Shown: positions 1 to 10,045 of the stretch, piece after piece
Position numbering within the stretch: position 1 is the first letter of the stretch
How the letters are laid out: the number at the start of each line of letters is the position of its first letter
NCBI GenBank assembly: GCA_963838485.1
Contig: CAWIRY010000115.1
Coordinates: 74,162 to 138,161, forward strand
Direction: 5' to 3'
DNA length: 64,000 nucleotides
Origin: an uncultured delta proteobacterium
Lineage (GTDB): Bacteria > Desulfobacterota > RBG-13-43-22
The notes under the pieces: model-generated
Told to the model about the DNA's origin: nothing
Seen by the model: the letters and a program-made list of their open reading frames with translations, nothing else
The model's database searches: none
Program-made: the position numbers and the translations under genes

Positions 1-964
1 CTATTCGGGGATGAACGATTTTCGTAAAGCCGTGGCCTCCTGGTATCAACGTCGATTCGGGGTTGCCCTTGATCCGGAAAAAGAAGTCGTCACCCTGATC
101 GGCTCCAAGGAAGGCATTGCCCATTTTCCCCTGGCCTTTTTAAATTCCGGGGATCTTGCTTTGGTCCCCAGCCCCGCTTATCCGGTTTATCATATCGGGA
201 CCCTTTTCGCCGGGGGGAAATCCTATTTTTTACCCCTTTTAAAAAAGAACGGGTTCTTGCCGGACCTTTCCAAAATTCCCACGGAGACGGCCGTCCGATC
301 CAGGATTTTATTCATCAACTATCCCAACAATCCTACTGCGGCCGTGGCCGACCGGGCCTTTTTTGAACAGGTGGTCCGGTTTGCCAGGGAGAACAAAATC
401 ATCGTCTGCCATGATGCGGCCTATTCGGAGATCGCTTTTGACGGTTTTCGGCCCATGAGCTTTCTGGAAGTTTCCGGGGCCAAGGAAATCGGCATTGAAT
501 TTCATTCCCTGTCCAAGACCTATAACATGACCGGATGGCGTATCGGTTTTGCCGTGGGTAACGCCCAATTGATCGAGGGATTCAGCCAGATCAAGAGCAA
601 TATCGATTCGGGTGCGGCCCAGGCCATCCAATGGGCCGGTATCGAGGCCTTGGAAGGGCCTCAGGACGGCCTCTCAAAGTTGAATGCCGTTTATCAAAGA
701 CGGCGAGACCTGATGGTTGCCGGGCTGAAAAAGATCGGCCTTAAGATCGAACCGCCCAAGGCCACTTTTTATCTCTGGATCGAATGCCCTCAGGGATTTT
801 CTTCGGCCCAAACCACGCTTCACCTTTTGGAAAAGACCGGGGTTGTTACAACTCCGGGAAACGGTTTTGGGGACCCGGGGGAAGGCTATTTTCGGATTTC
901 TTTGACCGTTCCAGAAGAGCGCCTGGAAGAAGCTGTGGGGCGGCTGAACAGGGCCGGTTTTTAA
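1..964 (+). CDS. dapL: LL-diaminopimelate aminotransferase (5' end outside window)
   Basis: PLP class I motifs [36 protein letters not shown]; frame open to window edge. Confidence 0.85.
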   Translation, partial: YSGMNDFRKAVASWYQRRFGVALDPEKEVVTLIGSKEGIAHFPLAFLNSGDLALVPSPAYPVYHIGTLFAGGKSYFLPLLKKNGFLPDLSKIPTETAVRSRILFINYPNNPTAAVADRAFFEQVVRFARENKIIVCHDAAYSEIAFDGFRPMSFLEVSGAKEIGIEFHSLSKTYNMTGWRIGFAVGNAQLIEGFSQIKSNIDSGAAQAIQWAGIEALEGPQDGLSKLNAVYQRRRDLMVAGLKKIGLKIEPPKATFYLWIECPQGFSSAQTTLHLLEKTGVVTTPGNGFGDPGEGYFRISLTVPEERLEEAVGRLNRAGF

Positions 965-1487
965 TGACCGGTCATCAAGCCTTTATCGGACTGGGTTCCA
1001 ATCGGGGAGATAAAAAAAAAATTGTCTAAAAGCCCTATCTTTGCTCGTAGCCGTCCCGGACCAGGTCGCCCTCAAGGTGTCCTCCTGGTACTTAACCGAG
1101 CCAATAGGCCTGGAAGATCTGGAATGGTTTGTCAATGGGGTTGTTCTTTTGGAAACCCATCTGCCACCGGAAGACCTTATGGCCCAACTCCTGCGCATTG
1201 AGACCTTGATGGGCCGGGAAAGGACCGTTAAATGGGGACCCAGGATCATCGACCTGGATTTGTTGTCTTACGACCGACTGATCATGAATAAGCCCCATTT
1301 GTCCCTTCCCCATCCTTTTCTGGAGAGAAGAAGGTTTGTTCTGGAGCCGATGGCGGAAATCGCCCCGGATTATGTTCATCCGGTTTTGCAAAAGACCATC
1401 GCCCGGTTGAAGGACGAACTTTCTGGCGAGGGACAAAATCTTATTAAACTCTCATGCCCGCCAGAAACGGGCACCGACGAAGCATGA
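964..1487 (+). CDS. folK: 2-amino-4-hydroxy-6-hydroxymethyldihydropteridine pyrophosphokinase, frameshifted in A10 run 1012-1021
   Basis: N-terminal AFIGLGSNRGD from ATG 964; WGPRIIDLDLL and PHP..RRFVLEP in a second frame; one extra A joins them. Confidence 0.85.
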
Positions 1488-1491
1488 AAAT

Positions 1492-1580
1492 GGATTCGAG
1501 GAGTCAAGGGGCCAAGGATTCAAGTGAAAGGCTTGGAAGTTAAAACCCTCGAACCCTCGAATCCCAGAATCCTTGAAACC
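1492..1580. repeat. Palindromic intergenic element built from 8-bp units (GGATTCGA/TCGAATCC-type)
   Basis: ggattcgagg..ggattcaag followed by inverted ccctcgaaccctcgaatccc; similar units at 52195-52231. Confidence 0.55.
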
Positions 1581-1624
1581 TATTTTAGAATTAAATGAAA
1601 GATTAAAAAGTTTAATTTACAAAC

Positions 1625-1888
1625 ATGTTTAGATGGATTATATTATTAATTGTCGGGTATCTGGTTTTCCGGTTTCTGCGAGGATTCCTGCCCCCGCCGA
1701 AACTGCCCAAGAGAAACCCGCCCCAGGAAATCCAGGATGAGATGGTCCAAGACCCGGTGTGCAAGGTGTATCTGCCCAAACGTCAGGCCCTGGTTCTCAA
1801 TGATTCCAAGGGAGGGATTCATTATTTTTGCAGCGCCCAGTGCCGAGATAAATTTATTCAAGAGAAAAAACGAAAGGCTTCTGTCTAA
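1625..1888 (+). CDS. YHS/TRASH-domain membrane-anchored protein
   Basis: N-terminal TM helix, DPVCKVY...YFCSAQC. Confidence 0.8.
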   Translation: MFRWIILLIVGYLVFRFLRGFLPPPKLPKRNPPQEIQDEMVQDPVCKVYLPKRQALVLNDSKGGIHYFCSAQCRDKFIQEKKRKASV

Positions 1889-1917
1889 CTGACCGCTTGG
1901 TTTGGAAAGAATCCTTA

Positions 1918-2568
1918 ATGAAATTTTTTATTGATACGGCCAACCTGAAAGAAATTCAATCCGCAGCCGACTTAGGGCTCATCGATGGGGTAACCACCAA
2001 TCCTTCCCTCCTTTCCAAGGAAAACGAAAAGCCGCGGGAGTTGATCAAAAAAATCTGCCAGACGGTCGATGGGCCGATCAGTGCCGAGGTCGTTTCCGAA
2101 ACCGCACCGGAGATGATCAAAGAAGCCCAATCCCTGGCCAAAATCCATAAAAATATCTGCGTTAAAATACCCATGACCGCGGAAGGTTTGAAGGCGGTCA
2201 AGAAACTTTCGGCCTTGGGGATCCCGACCAATGTGACCTTGATTTTTTCGCCCCTCCAGGCCCTGCTGGCGGCCAAGGCCGGCGCCACCTATGTCAGCCC
2301 CTTCGTCGGCCGTCTGGACGATATCTCCCAGGAGGGGATGGAAATAGTGGGACAAATTGTGACGATCTTTAACAACTATGGCTTTGAAACCGAGATCATC
2401 GTCGCCTCTATTCGGCATCCGGTTCATGTTTTGACGGCCGCCCTGATGGGGGCCGATATCGCCACTATTCCCCACAAGGTGCTGTTACAGTTGGCCCGGC
2501 ACCCATTGACCGATATGGGGATTCAGAAATTTTTGGATGATTGGAAAAAAATTCCCCATAAGAAATAA
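1918..2568 (+). CDS. tal: Transaldolase (fructose-6-phosphate aldolase family)
   Basis: [32 protein letters not shown]. Confidence 0.9.
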   Translation: MKFFIDTANLKEIQSAADLGLIDGVTTNPSLLSKENEKPRELIKKICQTVDGPISAEVVSETAPEMIKEAQSLAKIHKNICVKIPMTAEGLKAVKKLSALGIPTNVTLIFSPLQALLAAKAGATYVSPFVGRLDDISQEGMEIVGQIVTIFNNYGFETEIIVASIRHPVHVLTAALMGADIATIPHKVLLQLARHPLTDMGIQKFLDDWKKIPHKK

Positions 2569-2571
2569 CCC

Positions 2572-3234
2572 ATGACGCGAACCTTCTTAACGCTTAGAAT
2601 CCTTTTGGCTATCTTGATCCTTCCCCTCATTTCGGTTGGCTCGGGGATTCTCACCCCTTTATGGGCCGATGTTTATCGATATCTGGATGAAAACGGTGTG
2701 GTCCATTTTACCAACGTTCCCACCGATTCCAAATATCAACTCTTTTTGAAAGAGTATCACAAAGACAGGTCTTCTCAGCCTTCCAAAGGGATAGGAAAAA
2801 CTTTTTCAAAAACCTCCCAGATAGACAGAACTTTTTTCCTCAGCGATCATATCGAAGAAGCCTCTCAGCAATACGGGGTCGACCCAAAACTCATCCAGGC
2901 CGTTATTCATGTGGAATCGAATTTTGATCCTCAGGCCATCTCGCCCAAGGGGGCCCAGGGTCTGATGCAACTCATGCCCCAGACCGCCAGGGAACTTCAA
3001 GTCTTAGATCCCTTCAGCCCGAGGGATAATATCGTCGGCGGTGCACGGTATTTGCGGTATTTATTGGACCTGTTTAATCAGGATGTCTCCTTGGCCCTGG
3101 CCGCCTATAATGCCGGGCCGGAGAAGGTTAATCTCTATCACGGGGTCCCTCCCTACCTGGAAACCCGAACCTATGTTCAAAAGGTGCTGCAGATTTATAA
3201 CCGCCTCAAGAACCAACTCCTGTCGACGCGATAA
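2572..3234 (+). CDS. Lytic transglycosylase (SLT) with DUF4124-like N-terminus
   Basis: VESNFDP, GAQGLMQLMP, ALAAYNAG; VYRYLDENGVVHFTN. Confidence 0.9.
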   Translation: MTRTFLTLRILLAILILPLISVGSGILTPLWADVYRYLDENGVVHFTNVPTDSKYQLFLKEYHKDRSSQPSKGIGKTFSKTSQIDRTFFLSDHIEEASQQYGVDPKLIQAVIHVESNFDPQAISPKGAQGLMQLMPQTARELQVLDPFSPRDNIVGGARYLRYLLDLFNQDVSLALAAYNAGPEKVNLYHGVPPYLETRTYVQKVLQIYNRLKNQLLSTR

Positions 3235-3247
3235 GATAAGATTTTTG

Positions 3248-3826
3248 ATGAGTTCGTCCAATCCCCCCATTTTGAATATCTCCAATTATCTGACTTTTTT
3301 GCGGATCGTCTCCATTCCCTTCGTCTTATTTCCCCTGCAATCGGAGAAACCGAATTCCAGTCTGTTGGCGGCCATAATCTTCGGCTCGGCCTTTGCTACC
3401 GACTGGCTCGATGGTTTCATCGCCCGCAAGAAAAATTTAGTGACTCAATTCGGAAAAATTTTGGATCCCTTAGCCGACAAACTCCTGATCGGATGTTCCT
3501 TGATCATGCTCATCGGGATAGACCGGGTTGAGGCCTGGATGGGGGTTTTGATTATCGGCAGAGAGATCGCCGTGACCTGGCTTCGAGCCATGTTGGCCGC
3601 CAAAGGGCATATCCTGGCCTCTTCCTGGTGGGGGAAATATAAGACCTTTTTTCAGGCCCTGGCTTTAATCCCCCTGATGATTCATTACCCTTACTTTTCG
3701 ATCGATTTTCATTTTTGGGGTACGCTGCTGCTCTGGATTGCTTTAATTTTGACGGTCTGGTCCGGTCTGCTCTATTTTACCCAATATTATTCAATCCTGA
3801 TGGACAAGGGTTCCAAATCCAGATGA
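3248..3826 (+). CDS. pgsA: CDP-diacylglycerol--glycerol-3-phosphate 3-phosphatidyltransferase
   Basis: NYLTFLR, TDWLDGFIAR..T.FGKILDPLADK. Confidence 0.9.
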   Translation: MSSSNPPILNISNYLTFLRIVSIPFVLFPLQSEKPNSSLLAAIIFGSAFATDWLDGFIARKKNLVTQFGKILDPLADKLLIGCSLIMLIGIDRVEAWMGVLIIGREIAVTWLRAMLAAKGHILASSWWGKYKTFFQALALIPLMIHYPYFSIDFHFWGTLLLWIALILTVWSGLLYFTQYYSILMDKGSKSR

Positions 3827-3960
3827 CAGGGTATCGAAGGCATTTGCCGTCATGCCGGCGCTGTGATCCAGCCCCTGGCGGGACTGCACCCTGGTGCGGG
3901 GATCTTCAAAAAATCTAAGAGACAGGCGTTTTTTTGCTTTATTTTTGCTGTTATTTTTCC

Positions 3961-3989
3961 TTGACTTGAAGGAAAGAGCGTTTTATCAT
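3961..3989 (+). promoter_or_regulatory. Putative sigma70 promoter of cold-shock gene (long 5' UTR)
   Basis: TTGACT-17 nt-TATCAT ~130 nt upstream of csp start. Confidence 0.55.
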
Positions 3990-4120
3990 CACCGATCAGT
4001 TGTACAGAGTTTGTGGTGCGTGAAAATGGCAGTAACCAGTAAGGCTCGTCGTTTTTCTGGTTCTTTCCGGCCGGAAGCTGTTACAACTTAAAAGTTACGG
4101 GGGAGAGGGGGTGAGTTGTA

Positions 4121-4324
4121 ATGGCCAAAGGCCAGGTCAAATGGTTCAGCGACCGAAAGGGGTATGGCTTTATTTCCCAGGATGACGGGAGTGACGTGTT
4201 TGTTCATTTTTCAGCCATTAAAGGAGATGGATTTCGCACCTTGCAGGAAGGAGAAAAAGTTGAATTTGAAGTAACCCAGGGTCCGAAAGGACTCCAGGCC
4301 GCTAATGTAATAAAGGCCGAATAA
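4121..4324 (+). CDS. cspA: Cold-shock protein
   Basis: [21 protein letters not shown]. Confidence 0.93.
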   Translation: MAKGQVKWFSDRKGYGFISQDDGSDVFVHFSAIKGDGFRTLQEGEKVEFEVTQGPKGLQAANVIKAE

Positions 4325-4336
4325 TTCACTGGATGG

Positions 4337-4379
4337 AAAAAGCTGTGGAAGGGGAGTGGACCATTTCCACAGCTTTTTT
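4337..4379. terminator. Bidirectional intrinsic terminator
   Basis: AAAAAGCTGTGGAA...TTCCACAGCTTTTT between convergent genes. Confidence 0.8.
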
Positions 4380-4390
4380 ATTGTCCTCAT

Positions 4391-5230
4391 TCAAGATTGG
4401 CCGTGGGGCTTTAGACTATGGGCAAAGCGGGCGATGGTTTTAAAATATTCCTGACCACAAAGGGCAATGATGTCGTTATGGCCGGCCCTGGGGATGACGA
4501 TTAATTCTTTCCGCTGGGCCCCGGAATTTTTTAACAGTACATCGGCCTCCTTCAAGGAGATCAATTCGTCAAATTGGGCGTGCAGGATCAGGGTGGGCTT
4601 AGTGACCCCGGAAATCTTCTGGAAATTTCGAAAACCGTCCTTTTCCTGAAGTCCCAGGTGATCTATCGGAATCCCGATCAGCTTCAACAGAGGCAGGGAG
4701 TAGGCAAAGCCGCTTTCAATAATCAGTCCGGTTATTTTTTCCATTTTTTTTGAGGCGATTTCAACGGCCGGGGCGCTGCCCAGGGAACGCCCCATGATTA
4801 ATAAGGGTCCACCACGCCCCCTTTCCCGAGTCCATTTAACAACCTGATCGAATAGAGTTAAGGCATCGGTAAGAAGAGTGCCGATGGAGGGGATCCCCTG
4901 GCTCCTTCCGTATCCCCGGTAGTCCAGGGCCAGAAGGCTTAAACCCAATTGCTGATAGATAAGACCGGCCTCGTCGTAGTCGGAAGCGATCTCTCCATTG
5001 CCGTGAAAAAACAAGAGATGGGGGCCGACAGGATCGGAAAGATAAAAACGGCTTCCGATCCGGATATCCGGTTCCACGGGAAAAAAATGGTCTTCCGAAC
5101 CGGCCGGAGGGGAAAGGCTTTCGTCCGGGCGGGGATAAAAGATCAGGGAGTTTATCTCCGGCTGATCGAAAAAAGAAAGGGAATTTAATGATTCCGTCAC
5201 GACTTCTCCTTGGTGTGTTGTTGTTATCAT
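4391..5230 (-). CDS. Alpha/beta hydrolase
   Basis: FHGNGE, DYRGYG, GRSLG nucleophile, AGHND. Confidence 0.88.
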   Translation of the reverse strand: MITTTHQGEVVTESLNSLSFFDQPEINSLIFYPRPDESLSPPAGSEDHFFPVEPDIRIGSRFYLSDPVGPHLLFFHGNGEIASDYDEAGLIYQQLGLSLLALDYRGYGRSQGIPSIGTLLTDALTLFDQVVKWTRERGRGGPLLIMGRSLGSAPAVEIASKKMEKITGLIIESGFAYSLPLLKLIGIPIDHLGLQEKDGFRNFQKISGVTKPTLILHAQFDELISLKEADVLLKNSGAQRKELIVIPRAGHNDIIALCGQEYFKTIARFAHSLKPHGQS

Positions 5231-5332
5231 TAGCGGCTCCCATCAAAATGTCAAGAACCATTTAAAAAATGCTTGACAGATAACCAAGGGCATGATTAGG
5301 TTTCCCATTTTCGTTCAGAGGAGATTCATGAT

Positions 5333-6056
5333 ATGCGTATTAACAGTCGAAAGCCCGACGAAATCCGTCCGGTCCGCATCATTCGAAATTATGTCAAACA
5401 TGCCGAAGGTTCTGTTCTGATCCAGTTGGGGGAAACCAAAGTCATCTGCACGGCCTCTCTGGAAGAAAAGGTCCCTCCTTTTTTAAGAAACAGCGGTCGG
5501 GGATGGGTCACGGCCGAATACGCCATGTTGCCCAGGTCCACCAAAACCCGGATCATCCGTGAATCTACCCAGGGCCGGGTCGGGGGACGCACCCATGAAA
5601 TTCAGAGGCTGATCGGCCGTTCCTTGCGGGCCGTCATGGACTTGAGTGTAATTGGGGAGCGGACCTTCTGGATCGATTGTGACGTAATTCAGGCCCGACG
5701 GTGGCACCAGAACGGCCGCGATTACCGGGGCCTATGTAGCCCTATACGATGCGGTCGAATATCTTCGAAAAGAGGTGTCCATTCCCCGGGACCCGATCAT
5801 CGATTCCCTGGCGGCTATCAGTGTCGGAGTGGTGGACGGCCGGGTTTGTCTGGATTTAAATTATGAAGAGGATTCCAGAGCGGAGGTGGATTGTAATTTC
5901 GTCATGACCGGCCAGGGTCGGTTTATTGAGATTCAGGGAACGGCCGAAGTAAAGCCTTTTCCCAGAGAGGACTTTGATAAGATGATGGACCTGGCTGTTC
6001 AGGGTATCCACAAGCTGACGGCGATCCAACATCAGGTCCTGAACCCGAAATCATGA
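5333..6056 (+). CDS. rph: Ribonuclease PH, frameshifted at ~5694-5696
   Basis: [25 protein letters not shown]; removing one C of CAGGCCCGACGG restores [14 protein letters not shown] and joins [15 protein letters not shown]. Confidence 0.88.
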
Positions 6057-6670
6057 TTTTGGTCCTGGCCTCCAAAAACCAGGGGAAAATAAGAGAAATC
6101 GAAAACGCCCTGGTCATTCCCTCCCTGACGTACAAGTCCTTAAACGATTTTACGGGCCTGCCGGAAATTATTGAGGACGGTTCATCCTTCCTGGAAAATG
6201 CCTTTAAAAAGGCAGAGACCATTTCAAAAGCCCTCAATCTTGCGGTCATGGCCGATGATTCGGGGCTGGAGGTTGATTTTTTACAAGGGGCTCCGGGGAT
6301 TTATTCGGCGCGGTTCGCCGGGGTTCAAGCGACCGATCCGCAGAATATTCAAAAACTTCTGGGTTTGCTTACGGGGGTGCCGGAAACAAGAAGGACCGCC
6401 CGTTTTGTCTGTGCCTTAGTCCTCTACCTACCATCAGGACCGTGGTTTCAGGCCAAGGGGATCTGTGAAGGCCGTATCGCCCTGTCCCCGGAAGGGGATC
6501 AAGGGTTTGGCTATGATCCGGTTTTTTATCTGCCGGAGTTTCAGAAGACCATGGCCGAGCTTCCTTTGGAGGTCAAGAACCGGATCAGCCACCGGGCAAA
6601 GGCCTTGGAAAATATGCGGCCCCACCTCCTTTCGGTTTTAAAGGCTTCTGTTGGGTCATCGAGTCATTAA
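6053..6670 (+). CDS. rdgB: Non-canonical purine NTP pyrophosphatase (XTP/dITP)
   Basis: ASKNQGKIRE, ADDSGLEV, GFGYDPVF, KNRISHRAKA; follows rph. Confidence 0.92.
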   Translation: MILVLASKNQGKIREIENALVIPSLTYKSLNDFTGLPEIIEDGSSFLENAFKKAETISKALNLAVMADDSGLEVDFLQGAPGIYSARFAGVQATDPQNIQKLLGLLTGVPETRRTARFVCALVLYLPSGPWFQAKGICEGRIALSPEGDQGFGYDPVFYLPEFQKTMAELPLEVKNRISHRAKALENMRPHLLSVLKASVGSSSH

Positions 6671-6860
6671 GTCATTAGTCATTGGTCACTAAGTCAATTG
6701 GGTAATGACTTAATGATTTATAAAGGGCCTCATAATAATGTCGACATACGATCCCTCACCCTCGCCCTCTCCCCTGTCTGCGTGCAACGCCCAGGCAGGC
6801 ACCAGGGGAGAGGGAACCGAATTAACTTCCTCCCCCTTGATGGGGGAGGATAGAGGTGGG
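6662..6860. repeat. Cluster of palindromic/short-unit intergenic elements
   Basis: AGTCATT 7-mer run with inverted copies (6662-6718); CCCTCACCC..CCCTCTCCC..GGGAGAGGG and CCTCCCCC..GGGGGAGG hairpins. Confidence 0.6.
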
Positions 6861-7000
6861 TGTGGTTACCTGTCGAAATTATTCTGAGACTGGTAATAAT
6901 AACTCGATGACCGGGGTCCATGCTTATTCCAGTATCCAGCATCAAGAATTCAGTATCTATCTGTTGCCATTAACCGAGCTTTGTGGTAAAAATCAATCAT

Positions 7001-7078
<78 letters not shown>

Positions 7079-7136
7079 TCTTATCAGTGGATTGGAAAGT
7101 CTGGATATTCAGGTTAAACAAGGTCAAAAGGGGAGC

Positions 7137-7502
7137 ATGAAAATGAACCAGGAAACGGCCATGACATTTAATGTCCTGATTAAAGAAGAAGAGGGGATGT
7201 TCATCGCTCATTGTTTGGAGTTGGATCTTGTAACGACTTCGACAAGCCTGGATCAAGTTCAAACAGATATTCTCGATGTTATCGGGGCTCAGGTAGACTA
7301 TGCCTTTACCAATAACAACTTGGAATATCTTTATCATCCGGCCCCGCAGGAAGTGTGGAAGGAATTTTTTGAATGTCAGGAAAAGTGGGAGAAGAGACAC
7401 AAGATCGCCCCCCTGTTTAAGGAAGAAACCGCCACGGATATTTTTGTTCCAACCTGGATAATCGCGCATACATGTAAACGAACCAGCCGTTGCCATGTCT
7501 AA
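7137..7502 (+). CDS. HicB-like antitoxin
   Basis: VLIKEEEGMFIAHCLELDLVT..LDQV matches HicB N-terminal pattern; overlaps next gene. Confidence 0.65.
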   Translation: MKMNQETAMTFNVLIKEEEGMFIAHCLELDLVTTSTSLDQVQTDILDVIGAQVDYAFTNNNLEYLYHPAPQEVWKEFFECQEKWEKRHKIAPLFKEETATDIFVPTWIIAHTCKRTSRCHV

Positions 7503-7737
7503 GGGCCCTTTGTCTCTAAGGGAACTTCTTCAACGCCTAAAGCCCTTCGGGGTAGAAATCCTCAGTGATCGAGGCAAAGGGTCGGAAATAATCCTTCTCA
7601 AGCCTATCGAAGCCGGTTCAAGAAAAGGCCCCCAATATTCGGTCAAGAATCATGGGCCTTCAACAGAAATTACCATTCCCGTAATAAATTCTATCCTTAG
7701 GCGTTTTGGAATTGAGAAAGATGCGTTTTGGGCTTAG
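7495..7737 (+). CDS. HicA-like toxin
   Basis: 80 aa basic protein, RELLQRLK.FG...RGKGSE...ILRRFGI. Confidence 0.6.
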   Translation: MSKGPLSLRELLQRLKPFGVEILSDRGKGSEIILLKPIEAGSRKGPQYSVKNHGPSTEITIPVINSILRRFGIEKDAFWA

Positions 7738-8218
7738 CCGATATCTGGTATTCTTGATTTTTTCAGCTTTTTGGACCTGCACTTCCGGTTTTGCTTTTCA
7801 AAATCCGACCATTGAACTGAAAAAGGTTCAAATCACCGGGATGGATCAAAAGACCTTTTCCATAGAGGGGACCCTGGAAATCAGGAACCCCAATGACCTG
7901 AGCAGCCGATTTTCCGGTTACCAATATCGATTCGATGTGGAAGGTCAGCGATTGGCGAATGGGGAATCGGATCGTGCTTTTGAAGTCCCGGCCCAGGGAA
8001 CCTTTTCCATCGCCGTACCAGCCACCATTCAGCTCGAGGCCCTCCAGGACTTAAGCCAAAAAGAACCCTTTAACCGGGATCTGACTTACCTCTTATCCGG
8101 TAAGGTTTATTTGAATTCCTGGTTAGGGAAGATACCCCTTCCTTTTTCTTTTGAGGGCGTCTTCAATTTGTCAGACCTTTTGAAAGAGAAAACTCGCCGC
8201 TTTTTGGAAGGTCTCTGA
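7721..8218 (+). CDS. LEA type 2 / WHy-domain exported protein
   Basis: signal peptide, LEIRNPND, VPAQG. Confidence 0.75.
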   Translation: MRFGLSRYLVFLIFSAFWTCTSGFAFQNPTIELKKVQITGMDQKTFSIEGTLEIRNPNDLSSRFSGYQYRFDVEGQRLANGESDRAFEVPAQGTFSIAVPATIQLEALQDLSQKEPFNRDLTYLLSGKVYLNSWLGKIPLPFSFEGVFNLSDLLKEKTRRFLEGL

Positions 8219-8219
8219 G

Positions 8220-9827
8220 ATGGAAATGCCATCCGATTCCCCAACCACAATCCAGGTGGCCAAATCAGCCGGATCCGTCGGGATCGCTGTTTTTTCCAGT
8301 CGTGTTCTGGGCTTGATCCGGGAACAGGTCATGGCCATGCTCTTTGGGGCCGGGTATTACATGGATGCCTTTGTAGTGGCCTTTCGGGTGCCCAATTTGT
8401 TACGGGACCTGTTTGCCGAAGGGGCCCTTTCGGCCGCCTTTGTGACTGTTTTTACCGATTACGATCAGAAAAAAGGACCGGAGGAGACCTGGCGGCTGGC
8501 CAACAATGTCCTCTTGGCCTTGACCATACTCCTTTCGCTGATCACCATTCTGGGAATGATTTTCTCCGAACAAATCATCCGGATCATGGCCGCGGATTTT
8601 GACCGGGTCCAGGGGAAGATCGCCTTGACCCAGCTTTTGACCAATATCATGTTTCCTTTCTTGATCCTCATCTCAACAGCCGCCGTGGTCATGGGGATCT
8701 TAAATACCAAAGGCCGTTTTTTCATCCCGGCCATGGCCTCCGCCTTTTTCAATCTGGGGTCCATCATCGGAGGGGTCTTATGTGCCTGGTGGGCCCCTTC
8801 TTTCGGACAGCCGCCGATTGTCGGGATGGCCGTCGGGACCTTGATCGGCGGCGTTCTGCAATTAACCATGCAAATGCCCTCCTTAAAGAGTTGCGGATTC
8901 AAATGGCGGCCCCATCTAAATTTCAAAGACCAGGGATTGCGCCGCATTATGGTTTTGATGGTCCCGGCGGTAATCGGCCTTTCAGCCACCCAGATCAATG
9001 TTTTCATCAATACCAATTTCGCCGCCCGTTGTGCCCAGGGGAGCGTTTCCTGGCTCAACTATGCCTTCAGGTTGATCCATTTTCCCATTGGTATATTCGG
9101 GGTGGCCATTTCCATCGCCACCTTGCCGGTCATTTCCCGCCAGGTCTCCCAGGGGAACCTTAAGGCCTTGAAGTTCACCTATGTTTCCTCCTTGACCATG
9201 GCTTTTCTGCTGACCGTTCCAGCCTCTTTCGGCCTGGCTTTTTTGGCCAAGCCAATCGTCCGCCTTATATTCCAGCATGGAAGGTTCACGGCCTTAGACA
9301 CCCGATACACGGCCGAGGCCCTGGCCTATTATTCCCTGGGGCTTTTTGCCTATTCTTCGATCAAGATTACGGTGCCGGTCTTCTATGCCCTCAAGGATAC
9401 CAAATATCCGGTCATGGCCAGCTTTTTGGCGGTCATAACCAACATTATTTTTATTTCCTTGACTATCGGCACCTTTCAGCACAGGGCCATTGCCTTTTCC
9501 ACTTCCATCACCATGATTTTTAATTTTATTTTTTTGAGCGCCGTGCTCTACAGGAAAATAGGGGGATATGACCTGAACTATCTGTTCCGGTCCTTGATTA
9601 AGATCATCCTGGCCTCGCTGCTGATGGGGATAGGGGCTTTCTATTTCTACCAGACCCTTGGTTTATTCTTGAATCAAAAGGGGGTAGTAAATGAAATGGT
9701 CTCCCTCGCCCTGTCCATGGCCGCGGCGGTTTTTATTTATTTTGTTCTGATCCGCTGGCTGGGGATTCAGGAATTGAATGAGGTAATGGAGGGCTTTAAA
9801 AAGCGGTTTTTGAAAAGTCAGAATTAA
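8220..9827 (+). CDS. murJ: Lipid II flippase MurJ
   Basis: SRVLGLIRE, AFRVPNLLRDLFAEGALSAAF, multiple TM helices. Confidence 0.95.
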   Translation: MEMPSDSPTTIQVAKSAGSVGIAVFSSRVLGLIREQVMAMLFGAGYYMDAFVVAFRVPNLLRDLFAEGALSAAFVTVFTDYDQKKGPEETWRLANNVLLALTILLSLITILGMIFSEQIIRIMAADFDRVQGKIALTQLLTNIMFPFLILISTAAVVMGILNTKGRFFIPAMASAFFNLGSIIGGVLCAWWAPSFGQPPIVGMAVGTLIGGVLQLTMQMPSLKSCGFKWRPHLNFKDQGLRRIMVLMVPAVIGLSATQINVFINTNFAARCAQGSVSWLNYAFRLIHFPIGIFGVAISIATLPVISRQVSQGNLKALKFTYVSSLTMAFLLTVPASFGLAFLAKPIVRLIFQHGRFTALDTRYTAEALAYYSLGLFAYSSIKITVPVFYALKDTKYPVMASFLAVITNIIFISLTIGTFQHRAIAFSTSITMIFNFIFLSAVLYRKIGGYDLNYLFRSLIKIILASLLMGIGAFYFYQTLGLFLNQKGVVNEMVSLALSMAAAVFIYFVLIRWLGIQELNEVMEGFKKRFLKSQN

Positions 9828-9868
9828 CTTGACCAATTTTCTGATATTCATTAAAAAGAAAAGCAGGT

Positions 9869-9956
9869 GCCTGGGTGGCGGAACTGGTAGACGCAAGGGA
9901 CTTAAAATCCCTCGGTCCTCGTGGCTGTACCGGTTCGATTCCGGTCCCAGGCACCA
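9869..9956 (+). tRNA. tRNA-Leu (UAA), likely integration site
   Basis: GCCTGGG acceptor, AGGGA-CTTAAAA-TCCCT anticodon arm, long variable arm, GGTTCGATTCC, CCA. Confidence 0.95.
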
Positions 9957-9973
9957 GTAAAAACAATAAGATA

Positions 9974-9995
9974 GGGTCCTTCGGGACCTTTTTTT
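9974..9995 (+). terminator. Intrinsic terminator after tRNA-Leu
   Basis: GGTCC-TTCG-GGACC followed by T7. Confidence 0.7.
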
Positions 9996-10045
9996 ATTGA
10001 TTTTATTGGCTCTTGCACCTACCACTTCCGCAACCCCTTTTGATT

